Source of the DNA: Octopus sinensis
Taxonomy: Eukaryota
Direction of reading: 5' to 3'
Length of the DNA stretch: 41,375 nucleotides
NCBI RefSeq assembly: GCF_006345805.1
Contig: NW_021835299.1
Location: 1-41,375 of the forward strand
Shown: in pieces, positions 21,772 through 32,603 of the stretch
Numbering within the stretch: position 1 is the stretch's first letter
Layout: the number at the start of each line of letters is the position of its first letter
Made by a program: the position numbers and the translations under genes
The notes under the pieces: model-generated
Database searches by the model: none
The model's input: the letters and a program-made list of their open reading frames with translations, nothing else
What the model was told of the DNA's origin: nothing

Positions 21772-22841
21772 TATAATAATAATAATAATAATAATAATAT
21801 TTTGATTTAACAAATCTGATTGGTGCAGGTGTAGGTGTTTGATTCAACCATGTGGTCTTAGATTCAGTCCCACTACATGACTCCTTGGGCAAGTATCTTC
21901 TTTCTTCTATAGCCCCAAGCTAACTAAAGCCTTGTGAATGGATTTAGTAGATGGAAAACAAAAGAAGCCCATCATATATATATTTCTAATAAAGATTTTT
22001 CTTAATGAACTCGTTTGCTAGTTGCAAAACCAATGAATGGGTGACACTGATTTTCTCTACATATTTTGAGCTGGGTAAGATTACTGCTATGTCTAGCAGA
22101 TGAGTGTCCATCACTGAGGATGTTCTAAAATCAAAATCACTTGATATGGTGGTCTCGGAGCTAGGATAGTAAAGAGTTCTCTCCCTACTTGCAATATACA
22201 TTGAGTGTGAAGTGCACTGAATAACCAGCTGGTGAAAACATCTTCCTGGCGGTAAAATAGCAGTATCATCTGTTCTTAAAGAACACCCACATTTAAGTGG
22301 CAATGAGCATTACTTACATATATGTAGCACTGATAAGTACTTTGATATTTGCAAATTCTAAAATGAATTTATATCTATGTCTGAAACGATTGTATGCATG
22401 AATAGACTTCTTACGACTTTTTAACATCTTAAACAAACCAACATCGGTTGTCAAGAGATGGTTGAGGGACAAACACAGACACAAGCATACACACACACAC
22501 ACAAGCACATATATATATATATATACACGACAGGCTTCTTTCAGTTTCCGTCTACCAAATCCACTCCCAAGGCTTTGGTCAGCCCAAGGCTATGGTAGAA
22601 GACACTTGCCCAAGGTACTATGCACTGGGACTGAACTTGGGACCATGTGGTTGTGAAGCAAGCTTCATACCACACAGCCACATACAGAATTTAATTTTTT
22701 TTACACCCAAAATTACAATAGAATCAATTGATTTAGATATGGACATAGTAAGTTGAGAGATTTTGTTCCATTGTAAACCAAAGGTGGGTAGTTTTAGACA
22801 GGTTAGTTAATAAGATTTCCAAATCTGTTTTCTGATTGCAG

Positions 22842-22943
22842 GCAAAGAAATTCTGCAACAAGGCATACCAAGTCTGTGAAGACAAAGAATATTCTGAAAC
22901 CATTCTTAAGTTTCTGAATTCCAGCAAAGAACTCTCTCCATAA
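22842..22943 (+). CDS. ZMYND12: ZMYND12 terminal exon 8 (AKKFCNKAYQVCEDKEYSETILKFLNSSKELSP*)
   Basis: Acceptor ttgcAG (22840-22841), TAA at 22941-22943. Exon lengths 107+142+172+170+123+121+146+102 = 1083 nt, i.e. 360 aa plus stop. Confidence 0.82.
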   Translation, partial: AKKFCNKAYQVCEDKEYSETILKFLNSSKELSP

Positions 22944-23009
22944 ATGGTTCATCATTGACGCCTTCACTCATTAGAGATCAGATTTTCATTTCTTTAAGTC
23001 CTCCATTCT

Positions 23010-23053
<44 letters not shown>

Positions 23054-23082
23054 TGATGATCATGATGATGATGATGATAATT

Positions 23083-23113
<31 letters not shown>

Positions 23114-23199
23114 TGATGATGATGATGATGATGATATTGATGATAAATATTTTTAGAATAGATTAAAATGAAAACACCGTATTAAATTTGATTCTTGAT

Positions 23200-23205
23200 T
23201 TTATT
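23200..23205 (-). terminator. Candidate AATAAA polyadenylation signal of the chitin-binding gene
   Basis: tttatt on the + strand, about 45 nt past the stop codon. Confidence 0.5.
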
Positions 23206-23248
23206 GTTTCAAGCAGATATTTTCAAAGGACTTCGGTGGTTCATTGCA

Positions 23249-23331
23249 TTATTTAACTCCTTTAGTTCCACAAGGTGGTGCAATCAAATTTGGCCAATCA
23301 CAAGCTTCTTTCGTTGGATCGAAAAATAAAG
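23249..23331 (-). CDS. Secreted chitin-binding protein, terminal exon 4 (S-LFFDPTKEACDWPNLIAPPCGTKGVK*)
   Basis: Long T tract plus gcacAG. LFFDP....CDWP is the ChtBD2 C-terminal signature. TAA at 23251-23249. Total 55+214+146+83 = 498 nt, 165 aa. Confidence 0.92.
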
Positions 23332-23429
23332 CTGTGCGGAGACAACAAAAAAAAAAAAAAGAAAAAAGAAAGAAAACTGTAAAGTGATGAAGTCTGACGT
23401 GTGTAAGAAAGTGAAGAGATAAAACCTAC

Positions 23430-23612
23430 GCCTTACCTCCCTGGGCATGGATACATTGAAACTCCGACGTCTGGCAGCAGACTTGGCAGACACCCATAAA
23501 ATTACCAACCATCTTACAAACAATAACTCTGAGCACCTTTTCAAACTCCACCCGTCTAACACCCATGGACATATTTACAAAGTCAGAAAACAGCACAGCT
23601 CCTTCCATGACT
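23430..23612 (+). mobile_element. CR1-clade LINE fragment, same family as 1-488
   Basis: MDTLKLRRLAADLADTHKITNHLTNNNSEHLFKLHPSNTHGHIYKVRKQHS; shares DNA sequence with 372-440. Confidence 0.8.
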
Positions 23613-23737
23613 ACCCAAACAGACCCACGGGTTGGAGGGTTTTTGCCTGAGTGCTGCAAAGGGGTCGTCCAACAGGAATAACAGGGAATCACTAACAAAT
23701 GGTGGATGCAGCAAAGCACTGTTACTGCCCATTCCCC

Positions 23738-24130
23738 CCTAACTACTACTACTACTACTACTTCTACCGCCATCACCACCACCACTACTACAACCATCAC
23801 CACCGCTACTACTACCACTACTACTACAACTACCACCACCGCTACTACTACCACTACTACTACAACTACCACCACCACCACCACCGCTACTACTACCACT
23901 ACTACTACAACTACTACCACCACCACCACCACCGCTACTACTACCACCACTACTACAACTACCACCACCGCTACTACTACAACTACTACCACCACCACCA
24001 CCGCTATTACTACCATCACTACTACAACTACCACCACCGCTACTACTACCACCACCATCACTACTATTACTACTGCTGCTACTATTACCACTGCTACCAC
24101 CACCACCACCACCACCACCGCTACTACAAC
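23738..24130. repeat. ACT/ACC trinucleotide tract
   Basis: Direct reading. Confidence 0.95.
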
Positions 24131-24177
24131 TGGAATAACCAGGAGATTTAATTTGACATTGAAAGGGTTGGACTTAC

Positions 24178-24323
24178 ATGCAGGACATTTCACGTAACCA
24201 TGGAACTTGTCCCGTGAACAGGAATAATAGAATTTACAACTGCGACTGTAGTCAGGGTAGTTACCATCCCATAATCCTGTGCAGTTTGGGGCCGTACCAC
24301 ATGGTGGGTCCACTTTATCAAGG
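24178..24323 (-). CDS. Secreted chitin-binding protein, exon 3: end of domain 1 and most of domain 2 (Y-LDKVDPPCGTAPNCTGLWDGNYPDYSRSCKFYYSCSRDKFHGYVKCPA)
   Basis: Polypyrimidine tract plus ggcAG, donor GTAAGT at 24177, 146 nt, phase 2 to 1. Confidence 0.92.
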
Positions 24324-24418
24324 CTGCCAAAAAGAAACAGAAAAAAAAAAGGGATTAAAACAAAAAGAAAACGATGTTATTTTTGTGAAGAAAAAGGGGC
24401 AGTGTTTGTTTGTAATGC

Positions 24419-24656
24419 AGTGGTGGTGGTGGTGGTGGTAGTGGTGGTGGTGGTGGTGGTGGTAGTGGTGGTGGTGGTGGTGGTAGTGGTGGTGGTGGTG
24501 TAGTGGTGGTGGTGGTGGTGTGGTAGTGGTGGTGGTGGTGGTGGTAGTGGTGGTGGTGGTGGTAGTGGTGGTGGTGGTGGTGGTGGTAGTGGTGGTGGTG
24601 GTGGTGGTAGTGGTGGTGGTGGTAGTGGTAGTGGTAGTGGTGGTGGTGGTAGTGGT
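24419..24656. repeat. GGT/AGT trinucleotide tract
   Basis: Direct reading. Confidence 0.95.
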
Positions 24657-25069
24657 GGCGAGCTGGCGGAAACGTTAGCACACCGGGCGAAATGCTAAGC
24701 GGTTTTTCGTCTACCATTACATTCTGAGTTCAAATTCCGCTGAGGTCCACTGTGACTTTCATCCTTTCAGGGTCGATTAAATAAGTACCAGTTACGCACT
24801 GGGGTCGATATAATCGACTTATTCCGTTTGTCTGTCCTTGTTCGTCCCCTCTCTGTTTAGCCCCTTGGGGGTAGTAAAGAAATAGGTATTTCGTCTGTCT
24901 TTACGTTCTGAGTTCAAATTCCACCGAGGTCCACTTTGCCTTTCATCCTTTCGGGGTTGATTAAATAAGTACCAGTTACGCACTGGGGTCAATATAATCG
25001 ACTTATTCCGTTTGTCTGTCCTTGTTCGTCCCCTCTGTGTTTAGCCCCTTGTGGGTAGTAAAGAAATAG
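24657..25069 (+). mobile_element. tRNA-derived SINE family B, dimeric form
   Basis: Head ggcgagctggcggaaacgttagca, B-box-like gagttcaaattcc, body repeated after aaagaaatagg. Confidence 0.85.
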
Positions 25070-25252
25070 GTGGTGGTGGCAGTGGTGGTTTTGGTGGTGG
25101 TGGTGGTGGTGGTGGCGGTGGTGGTTTTGGTGGTGGTGGTGGTGGTGGTGTTGGTGGTGGTGGTCTCCCTTTTTTCTTTTTTTTAAGCTGGAAGAGTAAG
25201 ACATGAAGGAGATTTGGCTGCTATATCTAGCAAGTTGCATGACCATGTAGAG

Positions 25253-26369
25253 CTATGGTTCTCAATCATTTTTTTCTCAATGGACCCCTTTTATTCCTAT
25301 TTTGCTCCACTGGACCCTCATCGCCATTTGATGTTTTAAAAAAATCATATTATTATAAACAACAATTGCAGCGTGGAAGGTGTTTATAAGCCATTCAAAA
25401 ACACACAAAAACCGTTAGATTCTTTTCAACATTTAAATTTAATTTGCCAAAATATTTTTGCCGCTTTGAGACCACGACCTGTCCATTGACAAAATTCTGT
25501 GCTCATCATCATCATCATCATCATTAACATCGTTTAACGTCCGTTCTCCATGCTAGCATGGGTTGGACAGTTCAACTGGGGTCTGGGAAGCCAGAAGGCT
25601 GCACCAGGCCCAGTTTGATCTGGCAATGTTTCTACAGCTGCATGCCCTTCCTAACGCCAACCACTCCGTGAGTGTAGTGGGTGCTTTTTACGTGCCACCT
25701 GCACAGGTGCCAGGCGAGGCTGGCAACGGCCACGGTCGGATTGGTGTATTTTATGTGCCACCGGCACGGAAGCCAGTCGAGGCGGTGCTGGCATCGGCCA
25801 CGAGTCGGATAGTGCTTTTTACGTACCACCAGACCAGGGATCCTGGCTGGTTCGATTCGATTTCGATTTCGCTTGCCCCAACATGTCTTCGCAAGCAAAG
25901 GGGGTTGGCATGGGTGCCTGTCGTACGGTCGGATTGGTGTATTTTACGTGCCACCGGCACGGAAGCCACAGCACAAAATTCTGAGATGCAGCACAGAATT
26001 CTGTCAGTGGACAGGTCGTGGTCTCAAAGTGACCAAAATATTTTGGCAAATTAAATTTAAATGTTGAAAAGAATCTAACGGTTTTTGTGTGTTTTTGAAT
26101 GGCTTATAAACACCTTCCATGCTGCAATTGTTTTTGTTTCAGCACACGATCTCAGATCAGGACACTTGCTATGCAAGTACATCTCCGTAACATATTATTA
26201 TATTTTTATAATTATTATACAATGTATTGTAGTACATCATATATTGTATAAAGAAAAATATCTAAATATTTTGTTTTGTAAAAAATATAACCAATTTATT
26301 GCACATAAACTTTAATCCCAAAACCATACATGGAACCCTAGGGGTCATACAGAACCCCGCCCCACCACT
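25253..26369. mobile_element. Degenerate hAT-like element with nested insertions
   Basis: Starts ctatggttctcaatc, similar to the 27334 TIR. Flanks ATGTAGAG / ATCTAGAG give a 7/8 TSD match. The right TIR is poor. Confidence 0.4.
25360..26132. repeat. Inverted ~143-bp arms (25360-25502 / 25991-26132) enclosing (CAT)n and an RTE-tailed repeat
   Basis: Arms are near-identical reverse complements. Confidence 0.7.
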
Positions 26370-26876
26370 AATCTAGAGAAAATACTCTGTGTGTGTGTGA
26401 AAAGAAGATAGCTTTGACATTCCCTAGTCAGAGCAGTGGTTATCAATCATTTTTTGACTGTGGAACTCCTTAATTCCTATGTTACTCAACTGGACCCTCA
26501 GAACCATTCAATGCTTAAAAAAGGGCCCATTATATTTTTATAATTATTATACAATGTATTGTAGTACATCATATATTGTATAAAGAAAAATATCTAAATA
26601 TTTTGTTTTGTAAAAAATATAACCAATTTATTGCACATAAACTTTAATCCCAAAACCATACATGGAACCCTAGGGGTCATACAGAACCCCGCCCCACCAC
26701 TAATCTAGAGAAAATACTCTGTGTGTGTGTGAAAAGAAGATAGCTTTGACATTCCCTAGTCAGAGCAGTGGTTATCAATCATTTTTTGACTGTGGAACTC
26801 CTTAATTCCTATGTTACTCAACTGGACCCTCAGAACCATTCAATGCTTAAAAAAGGGCCCATTATATTTTTATAAT
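26197..26876. repeat. 332-bp perfect tandem duplication
   Basis: attatatttttataatt at 26197, 26529 and 26861. Confidence 0.9.
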
Positions 26877-27024
26877 TAAATATTTTTGGGAATTGTATAA
26901 AAAAATTTTTTTTTATAGTTTGTGTTTTGTAGAAGTATTTAGCAATTTATGGCAGATAAATTTTAACAACAAAATCTTATGTGGGCCCTCCAAAGATCAT
27001 GTGGACCCCAGTTGCAAACCGCTG
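26766..27024. mobile_element. hAT-like MITE, same broad family
   Basis: Ends CAGTGGTTATCAA / TTGCAAACCGCTG; no intact TSD seen. Confidence 0.55.
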
Positions 27025-27333
27025 ATAGGGGCTCCTCCATCAGTTAATATGTTCAGAAGAGGATATTAGGAGTATAGAATGGAACTATGTGTATCGATGG
27101 TGGAAGACAGATGAATCAGTATACATCTTTGGGGACAGGGGCTGTTTGTCAGTTCCTGACCCCTTAACTGAAGATCCTGGTAATTTGGGAAGTTGTTTGA
27201 GGCATCAGGCACTTGGGAAGGACCGTGTCATGTATTTGGGATTTTAGAAATAAAACAAGCACTTTATTCTTGTATTCATTTGTTTTTTGTTGTTCATTTT
27301 ACATCTGTTTTAACCTCCTAGCATGGGTTAGAT

Positions 27334-27753
27334 CAGTAGTCCTCAACCATTTTTGCCTATGGACCACCTTGAACCCTATTTTACTCAGGTGGACCCTCCT
27401 AATCATTCTGCTGTTTAAAAAAAACTATGATTTCTTAAAATTAAATATTAGGAATTGCATTAAAAAAATTGTTAAAACATTTTGCATATTTCAGAAATAA
27501 AACCAATTTATTCCACAAACTTTCGTAACAAAATCTTATATGGACCCCCAAGGGCCATGTGGACCACCAAGGGCCGTGTGGCCGCCCAAGGGCCATATGG
27601 TCGCTCAAGGGCCATATGGCCGCCCATGGGCCATATGGATGCTCAAGGGCCATATGGCCGCCCAAGAGCCATATGGACATCCAAGGGCCATATGGCCGCC
27701 CAAGGGCCATATGGACGCCCAAGGGCCATATGGACCCTGGCTGAGACCCACTG
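27334..27753. mobile_element. hAT (Charlie/Buster-like) MITE with internal 19-bp tandem array
   Basis: 8-bp TSD GGTTAGAT (27326-27333, 27754-27761). TIRs CAGTAGTCCTCAACC / GGCTGAGACCCACTG. Ten copies of CAAGGGCCATATGGCCGCC at 27549-27738. Confidence 0.88.
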
Positions 27754-29146
27754 GGTTAGATGAATATGTTATTGAGGCATTGTTTTATAGATGGATGCTC
27801 TTCCTGCCATTAACCCTTGTCTGCTTTCGAAGCCAGAGATCTTTTACTCAGCTGGACTTTGAAAGTGCAGAGCTACCAGGTGATTTGTTTAAAAGGGAAT
27901 TGCTTGCACAACATTATTGCTCTTGTTTGAGAAATTTCATACAAAAACATCACAAAATGCAAACAAACACACACACACACACACACACACACCTCAATTG
28001 TTCATTCATTTCACGTCTGCCTTTCCATACTAGCATGGGTTAGATGAATACATTATTGAGGTATTGTTTTACAGTCGGGTCCCTTTTCTGTCACTAACCC
28101 TTACCTGTTTTCCAAGTAAAGAATCTTTTATTCTTCATGCCTTCCAAGGGTCCCAAAACCAGCTAGTAACTTGTTGACAGGAGTAATGGCAACAATGTCA
28201 CCACTTGAAGTTTAGGAACTCTTAGAGAAGTCCAAATATAAATGGACTCACAGATATATATGTGAGAACACATACGTGTGTATATAGAAGTAGACAGAAA
28301 CATATTATTATATATAAATCTTTGTTGGTTCACCAGATGTGATGAATTCTTTTCCGCTCGAGGCACAAGGCCTGAAATTTTGGGAGATGGGGGCAGTCGA
28401 TTAAATCAACCCCAGGACACAACTGGTACTTAATTTATCGAGCCTGAAAGGATGAAAGACAAAGACACCCTTGGTGGAATTAGAACTCAGAACGTAAAGA
28501 CAGACGAAATACTGCTAAGTGTTTCACCCGGTGTGCTAACATTTTTGCCAGCTCGCCATCTTACCAGATGTGATAAATTGCAGGATTCAATACAAATGAC
28601 AGAGAAATACACAAGAGTATTATTATTATAGCAGAAGATACACAAAGATGCTCTCTTTGCCACTTCCTCTCTCCTATTGCTATTACTTTCTCTCACTCCC
28701 TCTCAGTCATGGCGATTACTCTCACTACTTCTCATTCACTGAATTACTGTTTTCTCTCCTCTCTCTTCACTTATACTACTCTTTCTCCCACTCCCTCCTG
28801 CAAAATTTTGAACAAATATATATATATATATAATCACTATGCTCATTATTATATTAGGTGATATACATACATACATACATACATACATACATACATACAT
28901 ACATACATACATACATACATACATACATACATACATACATACATACATACATACATACATACATACATGCATGCATACATACACACATACATACGTACAT
29001 ATGATGAGCTCAAATGTAATTTCCATCTACAAAATGTCTTTTATATGGTATGTGTTGATTCAGACACTTTCAGTGAGATTGAGCCTTGAAACAATGTTTT
29101 TGTAAAGCAAGCTTCTTAACCACACAGCTACATTCACATATTTTAA

Positions 29147-30203
29147 TTTCTTTATTGCCCACAAGGGGCTAAACACAAAGGGAACAAACAAGGACAGACA
29201 AAGGGGCTAAGTCGATTATATCGACCCCTGTGCATAACTGGTACTTAATTTATCGACCCTGAAAGAATGAAAGGCTAAGTCGACCTTGGCGGAATTTGAA
29301 ATCAGAACGTAATGGCAGATGAAATTCCTATTTCTTTACTACCCACAAGGGGCTAAACACAGAGGGGACAAACAAGGACAGACAAATGGATCAAGTCGAT
29401 TATATCGATCCCAGTGTGTAACTGGTACTTATTTAATCGACCCTGAAAGGATGAAAGGCAAAGTTGACCTCGGCGGAAATACCTATTTCTATTTCTTTAT
29501 TACCCACAAGGGGCTAAACACAGAGGGGACAAACAAGGACAGATATAGGTATTAAGTCGATTACATCGACCCCAGTGCATAACTGGTACTTATTTAATCG
29601 ACCCCGAAAGGATGAAAGGCAAAGTCGACCTCGGCGGAAATACCTATTTCTATTTCTTTATTACCCACAAGGGGCTAAGCACAGAGGGGACAAACAAGGA
29701 CATATATAGGTATTAAGTCGATTACATCGACCCCTGTGCGTAACTGGTACTTATTTAATCGACCCCGAAAGGATGAAAGGCAAAGTCGACCTCGGCGGAA
29801 ATACCTATTTCTATTTCTTTATTACCCACAAGGGGCTAAGCACAGAGGGGACAAACAAGGACATATATAGGTATTAAGTCGATTACATCGACCCCTGTGC
29901 GTAACTGGTACTTATTTAATCGACCCCGAAAGGATGAAAGGCAAAGTCGACCTCGGCGGAAATACCTATTTCTATTTCTTTATTACCCACAAGGGGCTAA
30001 GCACAGAGGGGACAAACAAGGACATATATAGGTATTAAGTTGATTACATCGACCCCTGTGCGTAACTGGTACTTATTTAATCGACCCCGAAAGGATGAAA
30101 GGCAAAGTCGACCTTGGCGGAATTTGAACTCAGAATGTAACAGCAGACGAAATACCGCTAAGCATTTCACCTGCCGTGCTAACATTTCTGCCAGCTTGCC
30201 GCC
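29147..30203 (-). mobile_element. tRNA-derived SINE (family B) with internal tandem amplification (four 161-bp units)
   Basis: aaatacctatttc at 29477, 29638, 29799 and 29960. The SINE head (GGCGGCAAGCTGGCAGAAATGTTAGC) lies at about 30203. Confidence 0.85.
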
Positions 30204-30260
30204 TTCACACATAACAACAATACATACTCTATATAAAATACATATAAAATATTTACTTAC

Positions 30261-30474
30261 TAATCACAATACATCTGGAGCTTATTTACCACAAGATCAT
30301 GAGGACAGGTTATGTTTACAGTTTTACCATCTTTGCAGCGATAGAACCATCTGCATCCTCCGATGTATAAACCATTCTGCTTGTTTATACAAAGGGTACT
30401 CTGGTTACCCTTCTCAGGAGAGACTGTTGCTTGATTCTGCTCAGGTAAACGTGTGGTGAAACTGGTGCTTCGAG
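30261..30474 (-). CDS. Secreted chitin-binding protein, exon 2: linker plus first ChtBD2/CBM14 domain (CINKQNGLYIGGCRWFYRCKDGKTVNITCPHDLVVNKLQMYCD)
   Basis: Acceptor aacttcAG, donor GTAAGT at 30260, 214 nt, phase 1 to 2. Peritrophin-A Cys spacing with aromatic FY.C. Confidence 0.9.
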
Positions 30475-30518
30475 CTGAAGTTTTGTACAAAACAATTTGG
30501 GTAAAATTAAAATGTTTC

Positions 30519-31218
30519 TTTGAATATTAAGGGGAAAAAAGAAAAATGTTATCAGTGAGAGAAAATTTAAAAGAATTGTCTGAAATATCAATTTCAAATG
30601 TTGGTACAAGACCAGAAATTTTAAGGGAAGAGAAAGCTGATTACAGCAACCCCAGTACTCAACTGGTACTTCTTGACCCTGAAAGTCCAAATATTTGAAT
30701 ATTAAGGGGAAAAATGAAAAATGTTATCAGTGAGAGAAAATTTAAAAGAATTGTCTGAAATATCAATTTCAAATGTTGGTACAAGACCAGAAATTTTAAG
30801 GGAAGAGAAAGCTGATTACAGCAACCCCAGTACTCAACTGGTACTTCTTGACCCTGAAAGTCCAAATATTTGAATATTAAGGGGAAAAATGAAAAATGTT
30901 ATCAGTGAGAGAAAATTTAAAAGAATTGTCTGAAATATCAATTTCAAATGTTAGTACAAGACCAGAAATTTTAAGGGAAGAGAAAGCTGATTACAGCAAC
31001 CCCAGTACTCAACTGGTACTTCTTGACCCTGAAAGTCCAAATATTTGAATATTAAGGGGAAAAAAGAAAAATGTTATCAGTGAGAGAAAATTTAAAAGAA
31101 TTGTCTGAAATATCAATTTCAAATGTTGGTACAAGACCAGAAATTTTAAGGGAAGAGAAAGCTGATTACAGCAACTCCAGTATTCAACTGGTACTTCTTG
31201 ACCCTGAAAGTCCAAATA
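30519..31218. repeat. 175-bp tandem repeat, 4 near-identical copies
   Basis: tgaatattaagggg at 30521, 30696, 30871 and 31046. Confidence 0.92.
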
Positions 31219-31351
31219 TAGGTAAATATATATATATAATGTTCCTTCTCAAGCCCTGCCAGGCTCATAAGGGCCGGTTTCCCGGTTTCAGTGGCGTAGG
31301 AATTCCCCACCTGGACGGGACGCCAGTCCATTGTAGAAATACTTATACTCG

Positions 31352-31473
31352 CCATCATTTTTCGCATTTTTATTGCATTTTTTGCTCGGTTTATATAAGG
31401 GAAGTAACTCTCTAAAAATGCTTATATAGTTATTTCCCTTACAAACCCGAGCAACGCCGGGCGATACTACTAG
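31352..31473 (+). mobile_element. Helitron 3' end fragment
   Basis: cccgagcaacgccgggcgatactaCTAG|t; reverse complement of the start of the 8922 copy. Confidence 0.7.
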
Positions 31474-31542
31474 TATATATATAAATAGAAAATTTCTATT
31501 TGTAAATCTCTTAACAAGAGACATTCAGTAGCAGTACTCTAG

Positions 31543-31848
31543 AGTAAAGATTATTTGGCCAACATAACATGGCAGTCCTGGTTTAGGACGAATGTTACTG
31601 TAATTTAGCCCCAGTAAAAATTGTCTCCAGCTGGCTATATGACATACTCTCTGTCTCCTTATATTTTCAAACAAGGAAGTTTACCATCCCTGTGCTGAGT
31701 GGGGACACTAAACTCCCTTGTTCGAAAATATAAGGAGACAGATAGTGTGTTGTATAACCAGCTGGAGATGATGTTTTCTGGAGCTAAATAACAGTAACAT
31801 TCGTCCTAACCAGGACTGCCACGTTATGTTGGCCAAATAATCTTTACT
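31543..31848. mobile_element. Palindromic MITE (arms ~140 bp, loop ~25 bp)
   Basis: AGTAAAGATTATTTGGCCAACATAAC... pairs with ...GTTATGTTGGCCAAATAATCTTTACT. Confidence 0.75.
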
Positions 31849-31947
31849 ATGTGTGTGTGTGTGTGTGTGTGTGTTTGTGTGAGTGAACAAATGAAAAACA
31901 GAATTTGAATCAAACTGTTTTGATCCATTCATATATACATATATATA

Positions 31948-32106
31948 GGGAGAGTTTACGAAAAAAACAAAAGACGACGACAGGTGGTGTACAAAACAAA
32001 CAGATGTATTAGTATAACGCTCAGGAATAGAAAAAGTCTTTTACATTTCGAGCCTAGGCTCTTCTACAGAAAGGGACACAGAAAAAAACAAGGAGAGAAA
32101 AAAATG
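31948..32106 (-). mobile_element. Family H1 copy
   Basis: High identity to 3378-3536. Variant hammerhead at 32036-32073, 3' end at (TA)n. Confidence 0.6.
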
Positions 32107-32311
32107 TGTGTAGTGGCTAATGATCTATATAATATATATATATATTAAATTCAACTTACGTTGAAAGTCAACAAACAAATCTTGCTTTAGAAGTATTGAG
32201 GTGTATTGAAAGATACAGATAAGGAAATAATTTTATTCTCAAACGCAGGATAATGCTAATAATATAGGAACGAACAGGATAAACCATCCATATTTTTTAG
32301 AAAAATCTGTC

Positions 32312-32385
32312 GGCAGCCAGCCATGAAATTCGAACTCACATCCCTGTGATTACGCGTCAATTGTTTACTATTAAGCTAAACTGCC
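32312..32385 (-). pseudogene. tRNA-like sequence (pseudogene or SINE head) inside a 280-bp insert flanked by 26-bp direct repeats
   Basis: GGCAGTT/GGCTGCC acceptor-like stem, TAGCTTAATAGT A-box, GAGTTCGAATT T-loop. The anticodon arm is defective and there are 4 extra nt. Confidence 0.55.
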
Positions 32386-32603
32386 CGAATGACAAATTCT
32401 TCTGCAAATTTAGGATATATAAATCTAGCTTTATAAGATGCTATTGTACGTTAAATTCAACTTACGTTGAAAGTCATATATGTTTCCAGTGATTAATTAG
32501 ATTAATTAGATTAATTAGTAAGCGGTGCTGAATTTTACAATCAGTAAATAACAATAATATTTAATAAGCTTAAAGCTTGTAAGTGATCACTGAGCATTGA
32601 CTA

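Noticed and set aside
25563-26067. Overlapping 60-160 aa ORFs on both strands
   Set aside because: They lie inside an RTE-tailed repeat with internal tandem units and have no recognisable domain or splice context.
27441-28043. ORFs with PYG repeats (MDPQGPCGPPRAVWPP...)
   Set aside because: Translation of the 19-bp array inside the hAT MITE.
32312-32385. Functional tRNA gene
   Set aside because: The anticodon stem does not pair, the D-arm is poor and there are extra bases before the 3' acceptor strand. Kept only as tRNA-like.
32466-32528. Minus-strand GTAAGT donors at 32465 and 32159 as possible exon ends
   Set aside because: All frames upstream of the 32465 donor contain stops, as does the phase-1 frame at 32159. 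Both donors are part of the 26-bp direct repeat.
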